64,000 nt of DNA. It comes from Gemmatimonadota bacterium (GTDB lineage Bacteria > Latescibacterota > UBA2968 > UBA8231). Below the pieces are notes generated by a model. It was given only the letters and a program-made list of their open reading frames with translations. It was not told where the DNA came from and did not search any database. Shown here piece after piece: positions 45,670-54,451 of the stretch (the first letter of the stretch is position 1; each line of letters opens with the position of its first letter). The translations under genes and the position numbers were made by a program. The stretch is from the NCBI GenBank assembly GCA_018672475.1, contig JABHFS010000116.1:621-64620 (forward strand), written 5' to 3'.

Positions 45670-47724
45670 TCAATAAGTCAGCGAGAAGAAACCTATGTTG
45701 TGTTGGTCGGCGATGGCGTCGACGGATAGCCTGTAGATATAGGTCCCCGGTGGCAGCAGCTGACCGTCGGGGCCGCGGCCGGCCCAATGGCGGGTGAACT
45801 CGCCGCTTTGTGAACGCAAAGGATCGAGCGTGGCGACCTGCGCGCCGGCGAGGTTGAATATGTGCACGGTAATCGGCCGCGGTTGTGTAACTTCGCGCAA
45901 TTTATAGGCCACTGTCAAGACATCGTTAATGCCGTCGCCGTTGGGTGTGAATACTTTGGGATCGACGCGGACGGCGGCAAAGAGGGCGCCGCCGATCGGG
46001 GTCTGTACGGCGAGGGCGTCGCCGGAGAAGCGGAATGTCGCGTTGCCGGGCCGGACGTTCTGCTTGATCTGGTCGGGATCGGCGCTGTCGTAGATCCAGC
46101 TGTTGAAAGGCGCTCCGAAGCGCAGTACCGAGGTGTCGAAGACGACCTCTATCTGTTTGAACGAATCGTCAGTGCCGATCAGTTTTGGAAAGCTGACGAC
46201 GATGCGGTCGTCGAGGATCTGGGCGGGAAAGTCGCCGTCGCCGTCGAGGGTGAAGGGGATTTCGACGGCGTCGACGACGACGGATCTCAGGGTGGTGGCG
46301 CGGGTATGGGTGAGGATTTCCAGGCGGTCGAAACCGAGATCGCTTTCGTTGAGCGTCGGCCGAACCACATAAGTGAAGGTCTGCGGTGCAAAGGAGTTGA
46401 CCTCGGTGGGCCAGATTTCACCGACGACCTCGCTGGCGGCAGGAGCTTCACTAAAATGCAGGCTCAACTGGTCGAGGCGGGGGGCGGAGTTGAGGGTGCT
46501 GAATAGGCGGACGGCGATCTGTATATAGCGGCTGGGGCTGGGGGAGGTCAGGGGAGTCCCGTCGCGCCAGGCGGCGGCGGTTATGGTTTCATCGCGCCAG
46601 CCGGCTGCAAAATCGTAGGGCGGTGACCAGAAGCTCCAGTTATCGGTGTCGTAGATGGTCGGGCGGCGGCCTCTGGGGTCGATTTTCTCGTATTGTTCTA
46701 GGGTGATGGGGACGATGTCCCCGTTGGTGTTTTTGTCGAAATAGAGGCTGGGGTCCGGGGTCTGGCCGGTGCGGGTGCGGATTTCGATGCGGGTGCCCGC
46801 CGGCAGTTCGCCGCTCCAGCGGATCTTGTCCCAACTGACGGTCTGGCCGAAATCGAGAATCTGGGAGAGGTAAACGGTTTTGGCGACATACCCTTCGCCA
46901 TAGACCTCGAATTCGGCGATCTCCCAGTTGCTCAACGGGAAAGTGCGCAGGGTGAGCCAGCGGATCGAGCGGGTGTTAAAACGGTAATCGACGACGATAT
47001 CGAGGTTTTCGCGGGTCGACTGGATAATGTCGAGGTTGGCCCCTTGGGGGGCTTGGGCGCTGTCGGCGACTCGTATCTCGTACCACTTGACGTAATTGTC
47101 GGCGAAACTGGTTTCGGGAAAGCGTGCGAATGGAATTTGCGGGGCGCTAAGCCCCTCGATCAGCGTCCGGTCGTCCTCCGGGCCGAGTCGGGGATAAAAG
47201 CGCACGCGGTTTACGGGCACGTCGGCGCCGAAATCGAAGGGACAGCCGCAGGCCCAACCCTCGCCGATCCCCGGTCGGCTGTTGGGGTCTTGGGTAAAGC
47301 GACGGAAGTGGGCGGTTTTGGGGTCGCCATCGAGCATTTTGAACAAGTTGAAGTTCTGGCCTTGGCCGCCGTGCGAGGTGCCGCCGGTATAGGGCAATGG
47401 GATAGGGGTCGAGCCGGCTCCCAGGTTGGTCTCGGGGTCGGCTCCCACTAAGTTGACCGTGGGGTCGATAAAACGGGGCTGGATCGAATTGGCGGAGAAA
47501 TCGATCAGCGTATCGGTGCCGGCGCCGTGCGGCGTGATACCGACGGGCATCGAGCGCAAGAGTTGGCCGTCCTGGTCGAAGACCTGGTAGGAGCCGGCGT
47601 TCTCCTCTCCTAACGCGTCCTGCCAGGCATTGCCATCAGGGCCGCCAAGGTGGTATTCGGTACGGCCCAAAGCCGGTGTCGCTGTGAGCAGGGCGCAATG
47701 CAGCAAAAGGTAGATACGGCGCAT
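45670..47724 (-). CDS. Secreted multidomain protein, paralog P4 (discoidin-like + FlgD-Ig/T9SS-like CTD)
   Basis: 684 aa. Signal peptide 'MRRIYLLLHCALLTATPALG'. 'FKMLDGDPKTAHF' is a discoidin block. 'IRWLTLRTFPLSNWEIAEFEVYGEGYVAKTVYLSQILDFGQ' is collinear with P1-P3. 'SRYIQIAVRLFS' follows. C-terminal domain 'VFTPNGDGINDVLTVAYKL...VHIFNLAGAQVATL...PGTYIYRL...FSLTY'. Confidence 0.7.
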   Translation of the reverse strand: MRRIYLLLHCALLTATPALGRTEYHLGGPDGNAWQDALGEENAGSYQVFDQDGQLLRSMPVGITPHGAGTDTLIDFSANSIQPRFIDPTVNLVGADPETNLGAGSTPIPLPYTGGTSHGGQGQNFNLFKMLDGDPKTAHFRRFTQDPNSRPGIGEGWACGCPFDFGADVPVNRVRFYPRLGPEDDRTLIEGLSAPQIPFARFPETSFADNYVKWYEIRVADSAQAPQGANLDIIQSTRENLDIVVDYRFNTRSIRWLTLRTFPLSNWEIAEFEVYGEGYVAKTVYLSQILDFGQTVSWDKIRWSGELPAGTRIEIRTRTGQTPDPSLYFDKNTNGDIVPITLEQYEKIDPRGRRPTIYDTDNWSFWSPPYDFAAGWRDETITAAAWRDGTPLTSPSPSRYIQIAVRLFSTLNSAPRLDQLSLHFSEAPAASEVVGEIWPTEVNSFAPQTFTYVVRPTLNESDLGFDRLEILTHTRATTLRSVVVDAVEIPFTLDGDGDFPAQILDDRIVVSFPKLIGTDDSFKQIEVVFDTSVLRFGAPFNSWIYDSADPDQIKQNVRPGNATFRFSGDALAVQTPIGGALFAAVRVDPKVFTPNGDGINDVLTVAYKLREVTQPRPITVHIFNLAGAQVATLDPLRSQSGEFTRHWAGRGPDGQLLPPGTYIYRLSVDAIADQHNIGFFSLTY

Positions 47725-47743
47725 GGGTGTTCCCTCGTCGGGG

Positions 47744-48748
47744 CTATATTTTAATCGTCCGCTGGCCTTTACCTGCTTTGAGCACGGCGGTCGCGATTTC
47801 GAGCGCGGCGATGCCGTCGGTGCCAGTGACTAGGGGTTGCTCGTTGCGGGCAAAGCATTTGACCACGTGCTTGGCCTGCTCGGTGAACATGTCCTTGAGT
47901 GGGTAGGTGTGCACTTTTTCGCGCCCCTTACTCGTTTTGACGGTGAAGGCCCCGTGTTTTTTGTGGTCGAATGAGGCGGGGGCCTTTTGCGCGGTCATGC
48001 CGAATTGCAGGCTGCCTTTGGGCCCGATGATATCGTTGAGCCGGTCGACGGCGGTGCCCTCGGCCATGCCCCAGGACCAGATCAGGGTATGTTGGTCGCC
48101 GCTGGCAAAATTTATGATCGCACTGGCGGTGTCGGCGCCGACGCTAGTCGGGTCGAATTGCAGTGAGGAGGCCTGTGCCGAAGCGGCAGGTCCGAAGATC
48201 TGCAGGGCGAAGTCGTAGTTGTGCACGGCGCCGTCGATCAGTGGGCCGCCGCCCTTGTTGACGTCGCGGAACCAGGCGGGGCCGGGACGGCCGCCGGAGG
48301 CGAAGCGCCAGATGACGGGGCGGCCTAGGGCGCCGGACTGGACGATCTGCTTGAGCTTGCCCCATTGGCTGTCGAAGCGGCGCACAAAACCGATGGTGAG
48401 CCGGACATTCGCCTGTTCGCAGGCGCGCAGCATGCGCCGGGCGTCGGGCAGGTTGAGCGCCATCGGCTTTTCGCAGAAGACGTGTTTGCCTGCCTTGGCG
48501 GCGGCGATGACCGGGGCGGGGTGTTGGAAGGTGGGGGTGCAGACCCAGACGGCGTCTAAGTCGGGCAAGTCGAGCATTCGGCGATAGTCGGTCGTGTGGT
48601 ACTCGGCGCCAAAATCGCTGGCAAAACTGTTGGCCGCGGCGGCGATGACGTCGGAGACGGCGAGGATTCGCGCGCCTTTTATCTGAGTTAAACGTGCGGC
48701 ATGATGGCGGGCGATACCGCCACCGCCGATAAAACCGATATTGAGCAT
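47744..48748 (-). CDS. Gfo/Idh/MocA family oxidoreductase
   Basis: 334 aa. 'MLNIGFIGGGGIARHHAARL' and 'EKPMA'. 20 nt upstream of P4 on the same strand. Confidence 0.8.
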   Translation of the reverse strand: MLNIGFIGGGGIARHHAARLTQIKGARILAVSDVIAAAANSFASDFGAEYHTTDYRRMLDLPDLDAVWVCTPTFQHPAPVIAAAKAGKHVFCEKPMALNLPDARRMLRACEQANVRLTIGFVRRFDSQWGKLKQIVQSGALGRPVIWRFASGGRPGPAWFRDVNKGGGPLIDGAVHNYDFALQIFGPAASAQASSLQFDPTSVGADTASAIINFASGDQHTLIWSWGMAEGTAVDRLNDIIGPKGSLQFGMTAQKAPASFDHKKHGAFTVKTSKGREKVHTYPLKDMFTEQAKHVVKCFARNEQPLVTGTDGIAALEIATAVLKAGKGQRTIKI

Positions 48749-49086
48749 GAGAATCTCCTGTTGTGCGTGTAGGGCGGGATAATGCAGATTTTAACTGGTT
48801 TAGGCAAGATCCTTTTCTTATTATAGGCGCTCGGTTATTAACGGAAATAACGGAAAGCGATCTCGAAAATACCAGTGCACCGCAAATGCGGACTGTCAGC
48901 ACAGCACACGGAGATTGCTTTTAAGGACAAGGCAATGGAACCGTGCATTCTGGTATCTGAGACGACAATATAACGGGCCTCTCATTATTCCTACATTGCA
49001 GAAGGGCGGTTATCGGGTGTCGTGGGCGGTAGACGGGGAGCAGTGTTTGGAATTGGTGCGTGCCATCACTACATAAGGAAGAGCCA

Positions 49087-50019
49087 ATGACAGCTACCAC
49101 CGCGATGCCTGCCGAAACGGCGATTTTTCATCCCGAACAGCGCGCCGACCACGGTTACTTTCGCTTATGGGGTACTAGGGGGTCAATCCCGGTCTCGGGG
49201 CCCAACTACGCCCGGCACGGTGGGAATACCTCCTGTATGGAGATCGGTTGTGGAGCCGACCGCATCATCTTTGACGCGGGCTCCGGGATCCGCGAGTTAG
49301 GGCTCTCGGTGATGGCCGAGCCGCCGCACAAGGTCCATCTCTTCATAACCCACACGCATTGGGACCATATTCAGGGTTTCCCTTTTTTCCTCCCATCTTT
49401 CGTGCCGGGATTCGCAATAGACGTCTACGCGCCACCGAATATAGACACGGACATCGAGTCTATTTTTCGTGGCCAATTGGATCGCGCCTATTTCCCGGTC
49501 CAAATGGAGGATATGCAGGCCAAATTCGAGTTCAAGGTCCTCGGCGAGGAAACGGTGCAGATCGGGGACGTGAAGATTGACTGGGAGTATACTCTACATC
49601 CGGGGGCGACCGTCGGCTATAGGATCGACATCAAGGGAAAGACTCTGGCTTATATTCCAGACAACGAGTTCCTCAAGGGCTATCTCGGGCCGCCGGACGA
49701 GGCGCCGAAGCAGGACATCGATACGGTGCACGCGAAGTTGCTCGAATTACTCAACGGGGTCGATGTGCTGATCCACGAAGCTCAGTATACCGCCGAGGAA
49801 TACGCCGACAAAATCGGCTGGGGGCACTCATCGGTTCCCAATACCTGCATTTTGGCGAAGATAGCCGAGGTCGGGCGGTGGATCGCAATTCACCACGATC
49901 CCACGCATTCGGATGAATTCCTGCAGGACAAGCTCAATCTCACGCGGCAGGTGCTGCGCGAGATTGAGTGTCCGATCGAAGTCGTGCACGGCTATGACGG
50001 GATGATGGACTATTTATAG
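49087..50019 (+). CDS. MBL-fold metallo-hydrolase (PhnP/RNase-Z-like)
   Basis: Start moved to M10 of ORF 49060..50019, preceded by an AAGGAAGAG RBS. 'FRLWGTRGSIP' N-terminus. 'LFITHTHWDHIQGFPFF' is the HxHxDH motif. Confidence 0.7.
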   Translation: MTATTAMPAETAIFHPEQRADHGYFRLWGTRGSIPVSGPNYARHGGNTSCMEIGCGADRIIFDAGSGIRELGLSVMAEPPHKVHLFITHTHWDHIQGFPFFLPSFVPGFAIDVYAPPNIDTDIESIFRGQLDRAYFPVQMEDMQAKFEFKVLGEETVQIGDVKIDWEYTLHPGATVGYRIDIKGKTLAYIPDNEFLKGYLGPPDEAPKQDIDTVHAKLLELLNGVDVLIHEAQYTAEEYADKIGWGHSSVPNTCILAKIAEVGRWIAIHHDPTHSDEFLQDKLNLTRQVLREIECPIEVVHGYDGMMDYL

Positions 50020-50330
50020 CTAAGTCGGTTCGTTGAGGATCTGGCGTAGGATGCGGATGAAATGTTCTTGTTTGATCGGTTTGACCAGCACCGCGTCGGC
50101 TTTCTTAGCGATATCATTATCTGCTCAGTGCCCGCTACGAGAGTATCATCTTAAGCTCGAGGTGGCGGTGCGCAGTTGTTGCAGGGCTTCGTCGCCTGAC
50201 ATGGCGCGGCATCGACATGTCCAACACGACTAGGTCTTTCTTGTTGCCGCAGTGTTCATTCATGGCTTGGGGCAACTCGCTGGCGGCGGTGCAAGGTCCT
50301 TCTTAGTTAAAAAAACCTTTTGCGGGACAA
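50020..50330 (-). pseudogene. Response-regulator receiver (REC) domain pseudogene: N-terminally truncated, with at least one frameshift
   Basis: Minus-strand frames give '...TAASELPQAMNEHCGNKKDLVVLDMSMP' then, after a frame change, 'MSGDEALQQLRTATSS', and after another break 'DIAKKADAVLVKPIKQEHFIRILRQILNEPT*'. Together these cover REC blocks from alpha3 to the C-terminus. No intact start or first ~50 aa remains. Abuts the MazG stop and the MBL stop. Confidence 0.55.
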
Positions 50331-50357
50331 AATCGCATTTCCCCCCCCAGTATATTT

Positions 50358-51164
50358 TCAACTGGCCCCTTCCATTTTTTCGCGTGCTTTAATCTCGTCC
50401 CAGATCGCATCCAGCTCTTGTAGTGACAACGCGCTGATTTCTCTCCCGCTCGTTCGCACGGCCTCCTCGAGTGCACGGAAACGGCGCTCGAATTTGTCGG
50501 TCGATTGTCTGAGGGCTTGCTCGGAATCGACATTGAGGAAGCGGCCGGTATTGACCAGGGCAAAGAGCAAATCGCCGAACTCGTCTTCGATGGCTGGTGT
50601 TTCACCCGATGCCCAGGCTTGGCGTAGCTCGGCGAATTCTTCCTCGACCTTGTCGAGGGGACCCGCGATTTGGTCCCAGTCGAAACCCTGGCGCGAAACG
50701 CGGGCTTGCATTCGCTGGGCGCGCATTAGGGCGGGCAGTTGTTTGGGGATGCCGTCGAGAAGTGATGGCGTTGCATCTCCCAGTTCTTGTCGTTCTTGCT
50801 TTTTGATCTGTTCCCAATTCTGCAAGACCTGCTCGGACCCGTCCACCTCCACATCGGCAAAAACGTGGGGGTGGCGACGGATGAGCTTGTCGACGATAGC
50901 GCGAGCTACTTCCTCGATGCCGAAGCGATTTTCCTCGGCGGCGATCTGGGCGTGAAAGACGACTTGCAGCAGTACATCGCCCAGTTCCTTGCAGAGTTCG
51001 TCATCGTCGCCGATATCAATCGCTTCGAGCGCCTCATACGTCTCTTCTAGCAAATAGGGTTTGAGCGTGGCGTGGGTCTGTTCGCGGTCCCAGGGGCAAC
51101 CGTTCGGGGCCCGTAGACGCGCCATGACCTCGACTAATTCGGTGAAACTCGATTCACTGTTCAT
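50358..51164 (-). CDS. mazG: Nucleoside triphosphate pyrophosphohydrolase MazG (tandem MazG domains)
   Basis: Start at M44 of ORF 50358..51293. 'NGCPWDREQTHATLKPYLLEETYEALEAI' and a second EExxE/D region 'FALVNTGRFLNVDSEQALR'. Confidence 0.8.
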   Translation of the reverse strand: MNSESSFTELVEVMARLRAPNGCPWDREQTHATLKPYLLEETYEALEAIDIGDDDELCKELGDVLLQVVFHAQIAAEENRFGIEEVARAIVDKLIRRHPHVFADVEVDGSEQVLQNWEQIKKQERQELGDATPSLLDGIPKQLPALMRAQRMQARVSRQGFDWDQIAGPLDKVEEEFAELRQAWASGETPAIEDEFGDLLFALVNTGRFLNVDSEQALRQSTDKFERRFRALEEAVRTSGREISALSLQELDAIWDEIKAREKMEGAS

Positions 51165-51547
51165 TCCCGCTCCTGCTCCAGTTCGGTGTATTTGAGATTT
51201 TTGCCGCGCGCTTCGGCAATCGGGTAGCGCGCGGCGGATATTTTGAGCTTTTCCTCGAAAGTGGAAGCGGTGTCGAGACCGAAGCGATCGCACATCAATA
51301 AAACAAAATACAGGATATCTGCTAGTTCGTGGCCGATATCCTTTAATGAGGCCTCGTCTTTCAGTCGCGCTTCGGTATCGGCCTCGCTCTGGAAGCGGAA
51401 ATGTTCGAGCAACTCGGCCGCTTCGACGGACAGGCCGATCGCCAGGTCCTTGGGGGTATGGAATTGCTCCCAGTCGCGCTCTTTGACGAAGTTGCGAATT
51501 TGCTCTTTGAGTTGGGCGATTGTGCAGGTTTGGTCAGTGGTGTTCAC
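51161..51547 (-). CDS. Small MazG-like nucleotide pyrophosphohydrolase
   Basis: 128 aa. 'RDWEQFHTPKDLAIGLSVEAAELLEHF' and 'IGHELADILYFVLLMC'. Overlaps the downstream mazG start by 4 nt (ATGA). Confidence 0.7.
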   Translation of the reverse strand: MNTTDQTCTIAQLKEQIRNFVKERDWEQFHTPKDLAIGLSVEAAELLEHFRFQSEADTEARLKDEASLKDIGHELADILYFVLLMCDRFGLDTASTFEEKLKISAARYPIAEARGKNLKYTELEQERE

Positions 51548-52040
51548 GATACCTCACTCCTCGAGTGGTAGGGATTTGGGTGAAGAGAATATAGGGTGAA
51601 TCCAGGAGGCGCGCGTGGGCCTGTTTGGCGGGGTCAAGGGCTTGTGAGGCGTCGAAGGTGGCGAAGAGGGATCGGTAGGAAAAGTCCGGGTCGACTTCGA
51701 TCACCACTTGCAGGGAGTGGGATGGGGGCGGTTGTGGGCTGGGAAAATCGAAGATCCATGTGCCGCCGGCGGGAAAGTGTGTCGTAGGTCACAGTATCGG
51801 CGGTGACTGTGTCCGATATAGTTGGGGCTGGATACGCAGATTGAGGGCAAAAGCCGCTTCATCGGCTACTGTGGTGGCCGTCAGCAGCAAGCCGCACCAC
51901 AAATGGTCGGTGTCGGACGAACAGCATGGGGCCTCAATCCGCGCGCTGTGAACAGGGCGGTCAATGTGCTAAAAATGCGGGAACTTATTTTTTGTCGAGA
52001 TGTTTGAAATAGATAGCGTTCGACTAGCAGGAGGTAGCGT

Positions 52041-52919
52041 GTGGCGACCAAAAAAGTGGCTAAGACAACGATCAAAAGAAAGCTTCGATCCGGAGAGGGC
52101 GACCCGGTATTGGCCAGTTACTTGGACGATATTTCCGATTCGACGCCTTTGGCGGCTGCCGAGGAGGCCGAGTTGGCAGCCCGGATTCGCGCTGGCGATG
52201 AATCTGCTCGCAATGAGTTAGTAGAAGCGAATCTCCGTTTCGTAGTTTCGGTCGCCAAGGAATATCAAAACCGCGGACTCTCGCTAGTCGAGTTAATCAG
52301 CGCCGGCAATGTGGGGCTGATCACGGCATCGGAGCGTTTCGATGAGACTCGGGGGTTCAAGTTTATCTCCTATGCCGTATGGTGGGTGCGCCAATCTATT
52401 CTGCAGGCGCTAATGGAGCAGTCCACGGTGCGAATACCGGTCAATCGCCTGGATATGCTATCTAAGATATCCCGCACCTATGAGGCTTTGCAGCAAGATG
52501 GCAGTGTGCCCAGTATGGAGAAGGTTGCGGATACGTTGGGGTTTTCGCAGGATAAAGTCGAACAGACGTTGGTCGACAACCAGCCGATTCGCTCGCTTGA
52601 CGCGCCCTTTGAAGACGGCGAAGAACGTTGCTTGCTCGATTATCTGAGTCTCGAGGGGCAACTCACCCCCGAAGACGAGGTATTGGTTTTCACGCTCAGG
52701 GAAGACATCGACAATGTGCTCGGTGGTCTCAACGAACGCGAGGCCGAGGTTTTGCGGCTTTATTTTGGTTTGCTCAACGAGCCCTCGTTGACGCTCAATC
52801 AGATCGGAGGGCGTTTTCAGTTAACCCGTGAGCGGGTGCGCCAAATTAAAGAAATTGCGCTCAGCAAGTTGCGCCATCCCCGTTTTCACGCCAGACTGCG
52901 AGCCCACGCAGGCGCATAA
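52041..52919 (+). CDS. rpoD: RNA polymerase sigma-70 family primary-like sigma factor (FCB-group short sigmaA/RpoD type)
   Basis: 292 aa. Near-collinear with the Bacteroidetes sigmaA: 'ANLRFVVSVAKEYQNRGLSLVELISAGNVGLITASERFDETRGFKFISYAVWWVRQSILQAL', 'EAEVLRLYFGL' and 'LTRERVRQIKEIALSKLRH'. Confidence 0.8.
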   Translation: MATKKVAKTTIKRKLRSGEGDPVLASYLDDISDSTPLAAAEEAELAARIRAGDESARNELVEANLRFVVSVAKEYQNRGLSLVELISAGNVGLITASERFDETRGFKFISYAVWWVRQSILQALMEQSTVRIPVNRLDMLSKISRTYEALQQDGSVPSMEKVADTLGFSQDKVEQTLVDNQPIRSLDAPFEDGEERCLLDYLSLEGQLTPEDEVLVFTLREDIDNVLGGLNEREAEVLRLYFGLLNEPSLTLNQIGGRFQLTRERVRQIKEIALSKLRHPRFHARLRAHAGA

Positions 52920-52953
52920 GTTTAGACCTAGACCAATAAGAATAACATTGTAA

Positions 52954-52990
52954 AGCGGTGCACTCCCTGTCGAGTGCACCGCTTTTTTTT
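52954..52990 (+). terminator. Rho-independent terminator after the sigma factor gene
   Basis: Perfect 12-bp stem 'agcggtgcactc'/'gagtgcaccgct' with a 6-nt loop 'cctgtc', followed by eight T, ~35 nt after the stop. Confidence 0.7.
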
Positions 52991-53153
52991 GGGCGGTACG
53001 CATTTTGCGATGTATAGCACTAGGTGCCTTTGCGAGCAGTTCTGCTGCTTATCTTTCCGCCTATGCGAGACAAGTGGAAAAAATGACCAATTTACCTATC
53101 TCATTCTGCTGCCGATATATAGAAGAATAGAAGGAAAAGGAAAGGAGCTATAC

Positions 53154-53267
53154 ATGGATTCGACCGATTCGATACGCTCGTCGCGCCGGGTGGGCATTGG
53201 GGCTTTCCTCTTTGTTGCTACAAGTCTTTCACTGGGCGCTTTGTTGGCCATTTTATCTAATGGATAA
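53154..53267 (+). CDS. Candidate small hydrophobic protein (37 aa, single TM)
   Basis: 'MDSTDSIRSSRRVGIGAFLFVATSLSLGALLAILSNG' is preceded by 'ggaaaggag' 7 nt upstream of the ATG. It sits in an AT-rich 640-bp spacer. Coding status is unproven. Confidence 0.3.
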   Translation: MDSTDSIRSSRRVGIGAFLFVATSLSLGALLAILSNG

Positions 53268-53558
53268 GTTGTTGTTATATATTGATTTGTAGTAATTTAT
53301 CTATCTATATTTTACCTAATTGCAACAATCTCTTGACGGGCTCTGAGGGCCGCCTTATATTGATTTCTGAGGCGGTGATTAGGGCCTTCTGTATCTTCTC
53401 TTTGTACAGAATCCGGTATTATTTCCATCCCCTTGGAGATTCCGGGCGGCCCGCTTAACCTGTTGCTTAGCAATGTGTACGAGTCTGTTTTTTTAGCACT
53501 GATTCGTACGTTTCTGGTTAAGTCTGAATGAGAGACTTAACTTGGGCAAAGTGTAGGT

Positions 53559-54317
53559 ATGGGAAAAATCATCGCTATCGCTAATCAAAAAGGCGGAGTA
53601 GGCAAGACAACAACGGCTATTAATTTAGCTGCTTGTTTGGCCCTATCCGGCCATCGCACCTTGCTTATCGACCTAGATCCACAGGCCAATGCTACATCTG
53701 GTTGCGGCACCGGGATCGGCAGTAAGCAGGCTTCGACCTATGAAGTCTTGCTGGGGCAGGTAAGTGTTCGCGCAGCAGCAGCTTCCACTGATATAGAAAA
53801 CCTTTTTATGGTCCCCGGGCATATTCGCTTGGCCGGTGCCGAAGTCGAGATGGCTTCGATGATCGGTCGCGACAAGCGTTTGGCCGAGGCACTGCGTCCG
53901 GTGGCTGATAGTTACGAATATGTACTTATTGATTGCCCGCCGTCGTTGGGATTGCTTACGGTCAATGCGCTGACTGCGGCCAATTCAGTACTCATTCCCC
54001 TACAGTGTGAATACTACGCTTTAGAAGGGGTGAGCAAACTCGATGCTTCGATTCGTCTTGTGCAGCGCTATCTCAATCCCAACCTGGAGATTGAAGGCGT
54101 CTTGTTGACGCTCTATGACGACCGCTTGCAACTTTGCCGTCGAGTTGCCGAAGAGGCGCGTAAATATTTTGGTGAAAAAGTCTACGAGACTATTATTCGC
54201 CGAAGTATCAGCCTAGCTGAAGCCCCGGGTTTTGGTCAACCCATCGCGCTATATGATCCAGGTTCAAGAGGTACGGATAATTACAATAGCTTGGCCTCTG
54301 AGGTTTCTGCGGGTTAG
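53559..54317 (+). CDS. ParA/Soj family ATPase (no adjacent parB)
   Basis: 252 aa. '[26 protein letters not shown]' is the deviant Walker A. An '[13 protein letters not shown]' block follows. Confidence 0.8.
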   Translation: MGKIIAIANQKGGVGKTTTAINLAACLALSGHRTLLIDLDPQANATSGCGTGIGSKQASTYEVLLGQVSVRAAAASTDIENLFMVPGHIRLAGAEVEMASMIGRDKRLAEALRPVADSYEYVLIDCPPSLGLLTVNALTAANSVLIPLQCEYYALEGVSKLDASIRLVQRYLNPNLEIEGVLLTLYDDRLQLCRRVAEEARKYFGEKVYETIIRRSISLAEAPGFGQPIALYDPGSRGTDNYNSLASEVSAG

Positions 54318-54375
54318 TTGTTTGGTCCAATGATCGCCTTTCCTACGCCCAATTATTCAAAAGAGCATATTTAGC

Positions 54376-54404
54376 TTGACGCGGCCCTTTTTTTGCTATA
54401 GTAT
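54376..54404 (+). promoter_or_regulatory. Putative sigma-70-like promoter (TTGACG ... TATAGT) upstream of the sigma-54 activator gene
   Basis: 'cttgacgcggccctttttttgctatagtatatgc' is ~50 nt upstream of ATG 54452 in an AT-rich spacer. Spacing is 15-17 nt depending on which -10 hexamer is taken. Confidence 0.25.
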
Positions 54405-54451
54405 ATGCATTATTGTATATTTAGATGCATAAATTGCGATTTTGAGAAAGG

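Noticed and set aside
50033-50233. Plus-strand 66-aa ORF between the MBL hydrolase and mazG
   Set aside because: The same DNA read on the minus strand shows clear response-regulator receiver similarity across frames, so the region is better explained as a REC pseudogene.
53559-54317. Interpreting ParA as evidence of a plasmid or an integrated element
   Set aside because: The flanking genes (sigmaA, sigma-54 regulator, rodA/mrdA, mtnA) are core chromosomal. There is no rep, mob or integrase gene and no GC discontinuity in the gene itself.
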